Notes: generated by a model from the sequence alone, not told the origin. Counted from the whole stretch's first letter, positions 50,061 to 61,264 are shown. The stretch: 62,896 bases of DNA, filler included, from Rhabdomonas costata (GCA_019059605.1; 50 parts of 50 records of this genome joined end to end with filler, not necessarily neighbours in it); one strand, 5' to 3'. Translations and numbers: made by a program.

Positions 50061-50247
50061 GTCGCTTCGTCACTCGCTACGCTCGTTCCTCGCTCCCACT
50101 TTCTGTTGATCACGTATCATGGTTCACTCCCCGACATAATTCGGTACGTTCACTGGGTCACACTCGTCACACTCACTGCGTTCGTGTTCCTCCTGTTCCT
50201 TGCATGTTGGTTCGTCACAAACGTCACACTCGCGTTGCTCGTGTTCC
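50061..50247 (-). repeat. Family-H and related G.A-mismatch hairpins
   Basis: 50061-50096, 50122-50153, 50166-50190 and 50223-50247, preceded by CCTAAATGTGA at 50047-50057 as in the 35-36 kb contig. Confidence 0.8.
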
Positions 50248-50647
50248 TCATGTTCCTCTTTTGGTTGTCACTTTCGCACTGTGGCGCTGACAGCCCCCCA
50301 CCAACCNNNNNNNNNNNNNNNNNNNNNNNNNNNNNNNNNNNNNNNNNNNNTTAATTAATTAANNNNNNNNNNNNNNNNNNNNNNNNNNNNNNNNNNNNNN
50401 NNNNNNTTGTTGTTTGGCGTCTAACCTCGCACGTCAAATAAAGCAGGGTTTTATCAATTCTGGTGACTCACCTGTGGAATGAATCCCTTCAGCAGGTGGT
50501 ATGGCATTTAGGTCTTACTCAACAATTCTTGAGATACAACTACTCAACATCGAATCCTCCCATTTTGCAAACACTGCACACTCGCGTCCACGCATAGATG
50601 CAACACACACATCCCAGAAACCCCTCCGACCGCGCCGTAACCCTCAG

Positions 50648-50897
50648 GTTGCGTTGCTGATGACAGAGCTGCAATTCTCTCCCCCTCTGATCCGCCACCG
50701 CTTTGCCAGCTCCCCCCTTCCAGCACCGGTGGCGCCTGCTTCACCTGCGGAGCTCCTCTCTCGCTCCTTCTCGGGAAAGGAGGAGGACGAGAAGGACGGC
50801 CCTGTGGCCCTGCAGGGCTCTTCTCCTGTGCAGGGCCCTGCAGAGCCCCTTGTGGGCCCCGTCGACACCACCCCGCGCAGCCCTGACGAAGGCGCAG
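50648..50897 (+). CDS. Pro/Ser-rich exon of an unidentified protein
   Basis: CAG|GTTGCG...GCAG|GTTTGA; GC-rich open frame. Confidence 0.45.
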
Positions 50898-52241
50898 GTT
50901 TGAGAGTGTTCCTTTTGAATCTGTGGTGCCGCTTGTCCGGATTTGTTTCAGCAGTTGGGCGTTGGTGCTTCTGTAAAGGTGGGATGCTGTAAAGTTGTGT
51001 GAGTGTATGCCAGTAAGACGGGGGTGTTGCACTGCTCTTGTGGTGCTCGCACCTTGCACCAGTGTTACCCGATTGAAACGTACTCAGTAGTCGACTATAC
51101 TGAGAGTATAAGAAGATTTCGGATGATGCGCCTTCCTCCAGGAATCGCAGTCATATATTTTCACCGTCCTTTGGTGTCCTTTCCTGTTGCTGCGGGGTGC
51201 CCCTCCTCCACGCACTACTTTGGAAGTGTCCCACTGACAAAGAGATCGTCCGTGCTTCTCTGAACGATACGATAGTGGCTGTTGTGCCGACAAAAATCGC
51301 TCAATGCGAGATTGAAGGTGCTAGCAACTTTGGTCCTTTAAGATAGAGATAGCAAACATTTTAACCAGAATCTTGCTCCTCAGACTGCCATGAGTATGAT
51401 ATGATGCCTTGTCCTTTGGAGGGGGTGAGGAATCGGTCTTACCGCAGGCTGCAACATCTCCCTTGGGCCACTCTCAGTCCTCTTCACCCCCAGCCCTGAA
51501 AATGGCGACACAGCGCTGGAGTCCTCCCCGGACCATCCAACACACCCAACAAAACCCCAACCACANNNNNNNNNNNNNNNNNNNNNNNNNNNNNNNNNNN
51601 NNNNNNNNNTTAATTAATTAANNNNNNNNNNNNNNNNNNNNNNNNNNNNNNNNNNNNNNNNNNNNGTTTTTTGGTGGCTGAAGCCTTCTCTTCTTTGGGG
51701 GTTTCCTTTGGTTGTGTGAAGGGCAGTAACCGCAACGGTGCCATCACAGCACTCCATGGTTGTGCTGTTGCTTCTTTTTGCCTTCTCCTGCTGCGTCTCT
51801 TCTGTCCTCTTGGGGATACCTCAGTGAGTCTTTCAGCAGAGCGTGTGTGAGTATGAGTGGCAGGAGCTCCCTGCGATATTGCGGTTGAATGCGCCATTGA
51901 GATTTCCCAGGAACCTCCTCCCAGCAGCAGAGGGGGTGACCCGCACCCGGAAAAAGCCCAACAGCCGGAGAAAATTCGGAAGGCCGCTGGAGGCACAAAG
52001 GCTTAAAGCACGCTGCAGGAATGCACCACATCGCGTGCTGGGCTCAAACTTCTGACCCCATCTGACTTTCGGTGTTCCTCCGCGCGCTGCAGGAGTGTTG
52101 CACCTCTTTTCAACTCACCGCGAATCTTTGCGTTTTGTCTCTATCAGCCGCAGGGTAAGGTGTTTGCGCCTCACCCTTGTGCACAGCAGTATGTTCATGC
52201 CTGAAATTTGCAAAGGCCTACACGGGCTTGGTTTGTTAGCA

Positions 52242-52712
52242 GGCCCCCCCTCTTTACAGCGATGGTATAAAACTTCAAAACTTTATATCTTATCTATATT
52301 TTATATTGTATCTATAGCTCCGCAATAAATTTTTTCAACTTACAAAATTGTTATGTCGTCCCCATATAAAGTTCCAATATTTTATAGCGACGCTATAAAA
52401 ATATTTACGGAAAAATTCATAGCATTGCAAAAAAAAAAGTGCTTCCAGAACACGTGCATCGCCCCCTAACCCCCTGCGAGACCAAATAAACTCATTTCGG
52501 GACCTTTTTCGGAGACTGCAGTGCAGCACCTGGGATCTTGTGCCGCTCCGCTGCGCTCCGCTGCGCTCCGCGGCCCAAGACATCCCGGACAAGCAAAATT
52601 AACTCGACCCAACAGTTCACAGCATCGCCGAAAATGCCTCAAACTTTTGGAAAAATTTTATATCACCGCTATAAAAATTCTTATAGCGTTGCTATAAAAG
52701 TGGGGGGGGGGC
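52242..52712. mobile_element. Putative AT-rich MITE with imperfect C/G-tract terminal inverted repeats
   Basis: Left GCCCCCCCTCTTTACAGCGATGGTATAA vs reverse complement of the right end GCCCCCCCCCCACTTTTATAGCAACGCTATAA. Internal palindromic TTTATAGCGnCGCTATAAA-like motifs at 52381, ~52657 and ~52681. Confidence 0.5.
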
Positions 52713-54653
52713 ACTTAACAAACTTAACCGGGCCTACACAAGCAAGGCGAAATAGCAAGAGCGATGCCCCCCCTTCAGATTATCGGTGGAGACTGACTTC
52801 CTCTGTTTTCTCCCTCCCCACACANNNNNNNNNNNNNNNNNNNNNNNNNNNNNNNNNNNNNNNNNNNNTTAATTAATTAANNNNNNNNNNNNNNNNNNNN
52901 NNNNNNNNNNNNNNNNNNNNNNNNATGAGTGGCAACTTTTCGCTCCGCTGATGATAGGGCCCACCTCCTCCAATGGCACATGCGATACCCAGACAGTACA
53001 AAGTGATCAAACTCCCGCTATTGACATCCATACACACCCACAGGCCAGAAAAGCGAGACCTCAGATCCACCTCAGCAACGCGTAGTGCGCTCAACATGCA
53101 TTCTGTGAGGAGAGGGCTGGTGGCCCGTGCGCAGAAAGACGGACAATAGCTGCGGCACTGTGGTGGGTGGGACTTGGCGGGCAACCTGGGGCCGCGGGAC
53201 GAGCGCGATAGACGCCGCGGTCCTCGCCAGTAGTGCCGCTCCGTACTTCTCCACAACGAGCTCCGTGATAAGCTGCGATGCGGGGAGGGGGGCGGGAAGA
53301 TGGAAGAGAAGGACACACTTCGAGCTGATGCGGTTGGTGGCGAAGGGTGGGGCAATATTTTGCATACAAGTCATGTGGGCAAACAGGAAAGAAAAGGCAC
53401 ATCCAGCGACAAAGGCACATCTAAGGACAGAGGAGAGTGGGGGTGGGTGTCAGCATTTCAGAAGGCACCTGGGTAAGGGCATCTGGAGCGATGCAAGGCG
53501 ACTCCCCTGCCCCAGCGAGCCGCTTCCGAACCAAAACCTGCCCCGGGGCAAAAAACCGAAAAAGCGAGAAACTACCGCAGTGACAGCGATGATGGGAAAA
53601 CTTTAAAAGAGGCAAAAGTGGGCTAAAAATACTCCAAAGAATAATGGCCAATCCTTTAGTCAGCATCCTACACGAGATACCGTAAAGGTAAAAAAACGAT
53701 AAGCAAAAACGATAAACGTGTGCTTTTCTAATCTTTTGCTTATCTTTTTTACCTTGAGGCCTTGGGTCAAGTACGAGGCAGCCTGATCCATTTTGGAGTG
53801 TGGACACCGAACTGCTTCACGTTGACACAAAAGCATTTTTCTTCGTTTTGGTGGGTTGCAGAGGCCTCATCAAGTCCGGCAGAGCCCTTGTCTGGCGACT
53901 GGACATTTTGCCTGTGGGTTCAATTTTGAGGGTCTGGGGGGTGGGGCTTGCGCGGTGCCACCTCCAAGGGCCCGAAGAATGATTCCAGGCTGAGGGCAGG
54001 GTCCGCGTGGTGCAGCACCAAAAACAGCCTGGCCGCGGTGAGGCTTGGCAAGTGATAGGCCTCCCTGGAAAGCCCCACACAACNNNNNNNNNNNNNNNNN
54101 NNNNNNNNNNNNNNNNNNNNNNNNNNNTTAATTAATTAANNNNNNNNNNNNNNNNNNNNNNNNNNNNNNNNNNNNNNNNNNNNGGGGGGTGCGCTTTGTT
54201 GGGCTGGGTTACTTTCAACATGGGTCCCCTGGGACCGCAGCCGACCTGCTCCAGAGACAAGGCACTTTTGTGCGCTGACGGCAAAAAAGAATTCATGTTA
54301 GGGAGCTGATTTTTGTTCTTACTCCTGTGTGTCATTTTTGGATCTCGTCGTCAAAACCTCCGCTGCCGTGGACATCTTAAAATAAGCCGGCAAGGACACA
54401 TGTACCGGCCGAGGGTGAAATTAGGGAGGAGGGCGGAAGCCCAATGTGCACAGAAATGCCCATGCACATTAATTGTTTCCTTGTAGATAGCAGTCACCAC
54501 CATCTGGTAGTGTGGGGGATGAAGGCTGGCTGAACAACTGGCAGGTTTCAGCGCGAGCGTGCCAAGACGCGGACAATGAGAGACCGTGAGAGGAAGGAGG
54601 CCACGGATAACCTGAAGCGCTTCACCATTCACGGCTCCGAAGTTGGCGGAGAA

Positions 54654-54709
<56 letters not shown>

Positions 54710-55493
54710 TGCACCTGAGGACTGGCTTTGACGGGGTTCTGGGTGCCTTATTCACAGCGTGACTTTCTTTGCGTTCTCTCACAAGTAAAAAGTTTAGTAA
54801 AAGTTTGGCTTCAGTCGCATAGATACATTTCATGTCTGCACCCGCACAGCTTATGGCCTTCCTGCCGCCCCAGTTTTCCTGTCCACGCCCTTGTATGGTG
54901 ACGGTGACAGCTCTTCCCCCAACCCCAATCCTCAATCATACCCTCTCTTAAACTTCCCTTTTTCCAACCCTTTCTCTGTCTGCGCCAATCGGAATATCCT
55001 GGGACGCGCGGTTGGTGCCTGGGTCCTCGCGCCCATTTTTCTCTTGGATTATCTTGCAGGCCCTTGCACTGCATTGCGGTCAGCCCCTCTTCGGGTCACG
55101 TACTGGTCGGGAGCTGGGACTGCGGGGTGTCGTGCTGGACACTTCCCGCGCTTAGCGGGGCAAAATCGTTTCGAGGTGTGCAAACATCCCCCTCTTTCTG
55201 AAGTGTGTGATTGTTTTCGAGTTTCCACGCACGCAAGCGCGCGCGAAGACAAGAAAACCAAAGGGGGACTTCTTCAGCGAAACAAACCAGCACATCACAG
55301 CAACAGTGAAGAGCGTCAGGCGCAGTCGGTTTCAGTCCCCGGTCCACANNNNNNNNNNNNNNNNNNNNNNNNNNNNNNNNNNNNNNNNNNNNTTAATTAA
55401 TTAANNNNNNNNNNNNNNNNNNNNNNNNNNNNNNNNNNNNNNNNNNNNGGGTTGGGGGTACAACACCGGCACAGAACCACTCGAGCTCGTGAA

Positions 55494-56414
55494 CTATATA
55501 CAGAGCTCCGGCGTGTGGGCTGCACCGAAGGTGCTGCGGGACGGGGAGGGGAGGTCGCCCGTTAGGTGCTGCCTCAGGCATTCTTGAAGAGCTGCTGTGT
55601 CGATGGGCTTGCTCATTGCCACTGTCATTCCGGCAAGTGCGCAGGCCTGCAGAGCTTCCGTGGAGCAGTCTCCAGTCACGCCGATGATCGGCGTAGTTCG
55701 GTAACGGGTTTCCTTGCGGATCCGACGGGCTGCTTCCAACCCGTCCATGATGGGCATGATCATCTGCGCGGAGAAAAGCAAGTTCGCGCACAACTGAGAG
55801 AACACAAAGACCACTGTGGCCACATGCGAGCGAATAATGGAACGAAGGCGCGAGACCGCAATGGCGAACACCCCACATACGTCCATCAGAATGGCACTAA
55901 ACACTTCCGGTGCTGCTTCTTGCACCGCCTCCAGTGCCTCCAACCCGTTGCCCGCCTCCACGACCTCCGAGAAACCCATCTGGGCCAGCTTCAGCACTAG
56001 CACCCTGCGGTTCATCGGGACATCGTCGACCACCAGCATTCTGGCCGAGAGGAAGGCCGCGGGCACCATGCTCTGGGCCCAGCGGACCACAGGGGAGGGG
56101 CCGCCAAGGGGCTCCCTCCTCGGATCCAGTGCGCCAAGGGCGTGGTGCAGCTTAGGCAAGGTTAGGGGCATGGTCACGGCAGGCAGGGGCACTTCCCACC
56201 CCGTGACCTTCACAGGGGTGACGTGCAAGGGGCGAAATGCTCTGTGCTGCTGAAACTTTCGAAGAGTGGCCAGGGTGACCTCCGACTCCTTGGGGTCAAC
56301 GGACAGGAATACCATCGCGACGGCAACGGCGTCCTCCGGATTGGAAGGCTTGGACGGCATCGCTCCTTCGAGTTCCTCCAACTTCACTAAAGGCTCGACA
56401 GGGATGCCCATGAC
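55494..56414 (-). CDS. Response-regulator receiver domain, C-terminus of a probable hybrid histidine kinase (last 2 exons)
   Basis: Exons 56414-55881 and 55763-55494 give RMLVVDDVPMNRRVL...EAGNGLEAL...AILMD|MIMPIMDGLEAARRIR...PIIGVTG...AGM...SKPI. An in-frame 117-nt intron follows the phospho-acceptor Asp. Confidence 0.92.
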   Translation of the reverse strand, partial: VMGIPVEPLVKLEELEGAMPSKPSNPEDAVAVAMVFLSVDPKESEVTLATLRKFQQHRAFRPLHVTPVKVTGWEVPLPAVTMPLTLPKLHHALGALDPRREPLGGPSPVVRWAQSMVPAAFLSARMLVVDDVPMNRRVLVLKLAQMGFSEVVEAGNGLEALEAVQEAAPEVFSAILMDVCGVFAIAVSRLRSIIRSHVATVVFVFSQLCANLLFSAQMIMPIMDGLEAARRIRKETRYRTTPIIGVTGDCSTEALQACALAGMTVAMSKPIDTAALQECLRQHLTGDLPSPSRSTFGAAHTPELCI

Positions 56415-57119
56415 CTGAAAAAATTGGGCAAACTTCGTGTCTCAAGGAGTAGCATGGGTCTGCGATATCGGCATTTCTGGCCGTGTCAATCAAAATCAAC
56501 AAAACAGCTCGCAAGCAAAATCGAGTTAAAACGCCGCTGCACAGCTTGGTAGGAGTCAGTCTTGTGTGGGACCACCCGGTGCCTCTCAACTCGCAAAACA
56601 CACACAANNNNNNNNNNNNNNNNNNNNNNNNNNNNNNNNNNNNNNNNNNNNTTAATTAATTAANNNNNNNNNNNNNNNNNNNNNNNNNNNNNNNNNNNNN
56701 NNNNNNNGGGTTGTGCTTTTGCCGCGCAGCTGTTTCTGAACAGCCCGTCTTTTCGGATCGTGGATTTTGATCCTGGGACAGCCCAGGTGCTGGACTACTC
56801 CACGTACTACACCCTTCTGTCCAACACTTGTACGGCAGCCCCTCACCCCTCGCTTCCCCCCTGCTTTCAAGCCAGCTTCTTCTCTCACTCACCCACATTC
56901 ACAGTCTCGCCTTCTTGACCGCGCTTGCTTCTGTGCTGACATCATTGCATCCTTGTGAAACTCAGAGCTTAGGTGGGGGGAAGGGCGTTCTTTCTTAGAG
57001 TGCGCGCATTCTCCGCGCTCAACTGCGCTCCGATGTTTTGTGGATTTTTACATTGGAAAAGATGCTGAGGAACGGCGTGCTGCGTTCAGTCCCTTCCTGC
57101 GGGTGTCCTTTGGTCGCAG

Positions 57120-57259
57120 CGGATACGTTCCCGCAGCACTGGTCGCTGCTGTACTCCGCGCGGGCGAACTTTTCTCTTTCGAACCTCTCCAGCAACAGCT
57201 TCTGGAACCTGGCCAAGGCTCTGGCCCTGCAGCCTGCCCTGTTTGCCACCTTTATGCAG
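57120..57259 (+). CDS. Exon resembling the acid sphingomyelinase-like phosphodiesterase C-terminal region
   Basis: DTFPQHWSLLYSARANFSLSNLSSNSFWNLAKALALQPALFATFMQ with CAG/GTAAGC boundaries; fits 'W...YSA...Y/F.L..L....W..L......LF'. Confidence 0.55.
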
Positions 57260-58122
57260 GTAAGCCTGTAGTATTCTTCCGGTGCTTGATGGTGAGCCAA
57301 CCTGTCACCTATTCTTGAGGGAAGTCACAAGCTTGGGTAGGGATGCGGGGTGGACATTCGATGGACCCCTGGAATCTCTCTCCATGGAAGATGCAGATGG
57401 AAGGTCAGGAATGAAAGGCTTCTGCCTTCCTTCCTTCCGTGTCGTACCCGATTGCAATGAGGTTCTTGGGGATTTTACCAGTGCGTACTTTCCCCTTCCC
57501 GCAGCTGCTTTGGGGGCCACTAGAGACTGCGGCCCGTGCTGCTTGCCCCGTAGTCTCTGCGAGCCAAAGAGGGGATCTTTTTATCTGTCTCCCTTCATCC
57601 CTTCTTGGAGAGGATTTCTTCCAGCTCTGGCAAGACCCCGTCCTCCCGTGCACCCTTCACCCAAAATCTAAAGAGAGAGAGAGAGAGAGAGAGAAACACT
57701 TTTCAAAGGGACCGTTTGCATTCTTCCATCAAGCGACGTTTTTTCGACCAGGTTAAGCTCCATTGATGTTCCTTCTGAAAAGCAATCCAGTGAAATGGAT
57801 GGATAGTGATCTCGGGAAGTTGTTGTGACGACCTATCCGAGCGCTTGTGATAGTTTCAAAAAAAAANNNNNNNNNNNNNNNNNNNNNNNNNNNNNNNNNN
57901 NNNNNNNNNNTTAATTAATTAANNNNNNNNNNNNNNNNNNNNNNNNNNNNNNNNNNNNNNNNNNNNGTTGTGGGTGTGACGGGAGAGTGGGAAGTTCTAT
58001 CGGCCTCAAGCTTTTCTGAGTGAATGGACCAAAAAATCCGTTCCGATGACTGCGTGTTGCTTGTAACTCCTCTGCACAAAAGAGTTCATTCCCTTGCCCT
58101 TAACATGTGCTCCTCTGCACAG

Positions 58123-58732
58123 GTTTCGCAGCCGTTGGACAGTCTGCCCCCGGTCCGGTTCGCACTGCGCTGCCACAGGGCTCTCAGCCCCCGTACGCCC
58201 GTCCTCAGCAGCAAGCCGCGGCATCAAGACCGGTTAGGACTTTATGTGTCACCAATGTTTTCGCAACCACAGCAGATGATCTAGTACGAGCAGCCTTTGC
58301 CAAGGTGTGAGGAGCCCGCTTGGTGCAGTGTGGCTCTTTGGGCTAACCGGAAGAGCCCGTCTTTTTGCCGATTTTTTCTCAGTGTGGTGTGGTGGAGAGC
58401 CTTCGTTCTGTTGCCTCTGGAAATTTCAAGAACGTTTTCATGAAGTTCAGGACTCCCGAGGAGTGCGCCGCGGCTCTTTCCCTCAACGGGTGAGTGCTTT
58501 TTTCTTTTCTTTGTAGCGGAGCCCGAAGTGCCACCTTACCCTTTTAATTTCGTGCATCACAGGCAGGTGCTCAACGGTGGGCCTATCGGCGTTTCCTTCG
58601 CAAAGGTCGAGTGGCTTCTTTCTCCCGGGCTTGGAAGCCTTCTCTTCTCCTTCTGAGCCCTCTCCCGAAGAGTGTGCAACCCATGTTTACGCTTTGCAGG
58701 AAGATCTTCCCGACGACCCCAAGCCAGAACAG
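58123..58732 (+). CDS. RRM-domain RNA-binding protein (partial, 4 exons)
   Basis: Exons 58123-58304, 58383-58489, 58563-58605 and 58700-58732 give RTLCVTNVFATTADDLVRAAFAK|CGVVESLRSVASGNFKNVFMKFRTPEECAAALSLNG|QVLNGGPIGVSFAK. Confidence 0.8.
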
Positions 58733-59271
58733 GTTGTTTTCATTTCCCCTCTTTCTCCTGCTGAGTCGTCTCTCAGATGATATCTCAGATATTTTTAGCT
58801 TTTAATGAGTTACCGACTTGCTCTTGCTCTGTTTGCAGTCAAGTGAATCCTCTCACCAGCACTCGTTTCCTCCCATCGACAAATGGGAATCACCACCTGC
58901 TCCCACCCCGACAGGCATGTCGAACTGGCACTTCCATTTCAAGCTTTCTTCCTTTCATGAGAGAAGGTGATGGTCTTCCCTTTTGTGATTGCAGACGTTG
59001 CGCTGCAAAAGCGGATTGACACGATGGCAGACTGGTACACCAATAACGTCGAAAAGTTTTTGGACCTATACTACAAGAAAAAAGACGATCCACAGGTATA
59101 GGTGCCACAGTCCGTCCCCACAACCNNNNNNNNNNNNNNNNNNNNNNNNNNNNNNNNNNNNNNNNNNNNTTAATTAATTAANNNNNNNNNNNNNNNNNNN
59201 NNNNNNNNNNNNNNNNNNNNNNNNNGTGTTTTGTCTTGTCTAAAAATGATAGTAAAATAATAAGGCTAGTA

Positions 59272-59402
59272 ACACCCCGAAACTGAGAATTTAGTATGTG
59301 ACACTTCGAACAGAAGTCTTTTTAGCCTATATTTATGCCGGTGGTTCTTCGCGGCATCCTGTGGTGTGCCGTGGTTAAAAAAAAACTCTCAGTTTACGGT
59401 GT
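59272..59402. mobile_element. Short MITE-like copy of repeat family R1 with imperfect ~17-bp inverted ends
   Basis: Left ACACCCCGAAACTGAGA vs reverse complement of the right end ACACCGTAAACTGAGA. Confidence 0.55.
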
Positions 59403-59646
59403 AGCCTGCTATATAATTAGAAAGCGGTCAAAATGGTGAATGTATTGGGTTCGGTGTTTACCAATGAAGAAGTACAACGCTTACGACGACATGGGGGGTG
59501 AGTTAAGCACAGGAGAATCCTGAAGAGCACAGACGATAAAAAATAGAGGGGTAAAATATGTCTGCTTCATGCCGAGGCCGTGAATTCCGTCTTTTTCCAT
59601 TGAAAATCTCCACAGCCTCCGCAGGTACAAGAGCTGAAAATGGCTT

Positions 59647-60052
59647 TTAAACGGCCTTGACCCTGAGAGGTGCAATAACGAGGTCTATCTCAGGCAAATG
59701 TATGACATCAGTCTGCAGTACTCCTGGGAGCCATCATAGGACACACTAAGGACCTCGGTCTGAGAGCTTTTGTGCAGTGATGATGACCCTGAGAAGGCCT
59801 TAAAATGGCGCTTTGGGGGTTTGCTGAAACTTTTGAAGTCCAAAGGCCCATGTGACCATCTTCTGGCTTTGGCCGCCCTATTCCACGAACTATTCGGCAC
59901 CAATCAAGAAAAAGAGTATATCAAGGATGTTTTTTCGGGCAAAGGAAACTTTTTTGTCCGGATTACGGGGGGGCTGTCTCCTGATCACATACTGATGACA
60001 CCCTGATTTGCCTGAGATAGGCCTCGTCAGTGCACCTCTCAGGGCCTTTTAA
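59647..60052. mobile_element. Non-autonomous DNA transposon-like element with 39-bp inverted repeats, bounded by TTAA
   Basis: 59661-59699 vs 60006-60044 (3 mismatches). The repeat extends with a small indel to TTAA at 59647-59650 and 60049-60052. Confidence 0.6.
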
Positions 60053-60072
60053 GGTTTTTAGGCTATTTTAAT

Positions 60073-60384
60073 TCTAATTGGGCCCAAGCAAACAAAAATT
60101 ATAAATATTTAATCGTTGCAGTTGATGTATATTCACGCTTTGCCTTCGTTGTACCAATCAAGGAGAAAAACGGCGAAACAGTCACGAATGCACTCGACGA
60201 AATCATCAAGGAAACATCACCGCTAGTCGTGAATACTGATCAGGTAGTGAATTTATCAGTGCTCCATTCGTTCGACGCCTTACACAGCAAGGAACCGATA
60301 TAAATTACGTTAAGGTTGGAGAACATAATAAACTAGCAATCGTAGATCGATTTGTGCGAACCCTACGAATGAAAATTCAAATGT
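60073..60384 (+). pseudogene. Polinton/Maverick-type retroviral-like (rve) integrase fragment, frameshifted, DD35D
   Basis: SNWAQANKNYKYLIVAVDVYSRFAFVVPIKEKNGETVTNALDEIIKETSPLVVNTDQ, then a -1 shift at ~60243, then GSEFISAPFVRRLTQQGTDINYVKVGEHNKLAIVDRFVRTLRMKIQ. AT-rich, intronless, and not in the ORF track. Confidence 0.85.
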
Positions 60385-60644
60385 NNNNNNNNNNNNNNNN
60401 NNNNNNNNNNNNNNNNNNNNNNNNNNNNTTAATTAATTAANNNNNNNNNNNNNNNNNNNNNNNNNNNNNNNNNNNNNNNNNNNNGTTGGGGGTGCAAGAT
60501 GCTGCACAAGTGGCATGATAAAGCTGCCCATGATGTGCAATATCAGGGCGTCAGAGCAGCAGGGGTTCTCGATGGATGGCAAACTGCCTTTTATTTGCAT
60601 GTTATGCAGGAGAGGAGGGTTGTGTGTCTGAGCGGTCCACACAC

Positions 60645-61264
60645 TGATGGACTGCCTGGGTTGGTAGTCTCGGCGCTCCTCCTCGGTGCCGTACTTCTCC
60701 GGCCAGGCCCTCTGCAAGGAGTCCTCTTCGCTGTCCCACTTCTGACGAAGCTGCGAGAGGCCCCATACAGAACACTCAAGCTGCGCGAAGAAGACCAGAT
60801 TGGATGGGCAGGGAGGCTCTCTCTCAAACGGCCCCCTCTTCCCCGTTACTAGCAGGTGCGAGAACTGAACAGGAGGTAAAGTGAATGCAGTCGCTTTCCC
60901 GAAAACGTTGGGATCAAATACCGAAAGAGGGTCCACTCCATCATCATAACTTGATGATGTCTGGCGCCCATAATTGGTGGGACGGTAGCAATCCTTGAAC
61001 TCGCAGGCGGCTTCCCAGGCGTGGAAAATCCATGCTACTGTAGATGGGACTCCGTCTTAATTCTTGAGCTGGTTTAAGCCCTCCGTCTCACCACATCCCA
61101 ACAAGATCCCTACAATCCCTCCCCCAAAATCTCCGCTACCCCCTCAACAAAGGAGGGAGTAAGGGAACCTTTTCCCAGGCGGTGTTGGAGCTGCTGCCCT
61201 TGCTGGCGAGCATCGTGTCCTTGGCCTCCTTGAGCCTCTCCACGAGGCGGTTGAGATTGTCCAG
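60645..61264 (-). CDS. Two exons of an unidentified protein
   Basis: 61264-61169 (LDNLNRLVERLKEAKDTMLASKGSSSNTAWEK) and 60780-60645 (LECSVWGLSQLRQKWDSEEDSLQRAWPEKYG...), phase-0 GT-AG. Confidence 0.55.

Noticed and set aside
58013-58022. TTTCTGAGTG match to part of the euglenid spliced leader
   Set aside because: Only 10 nt, and the remainder of the leader is absent; expected by chance.
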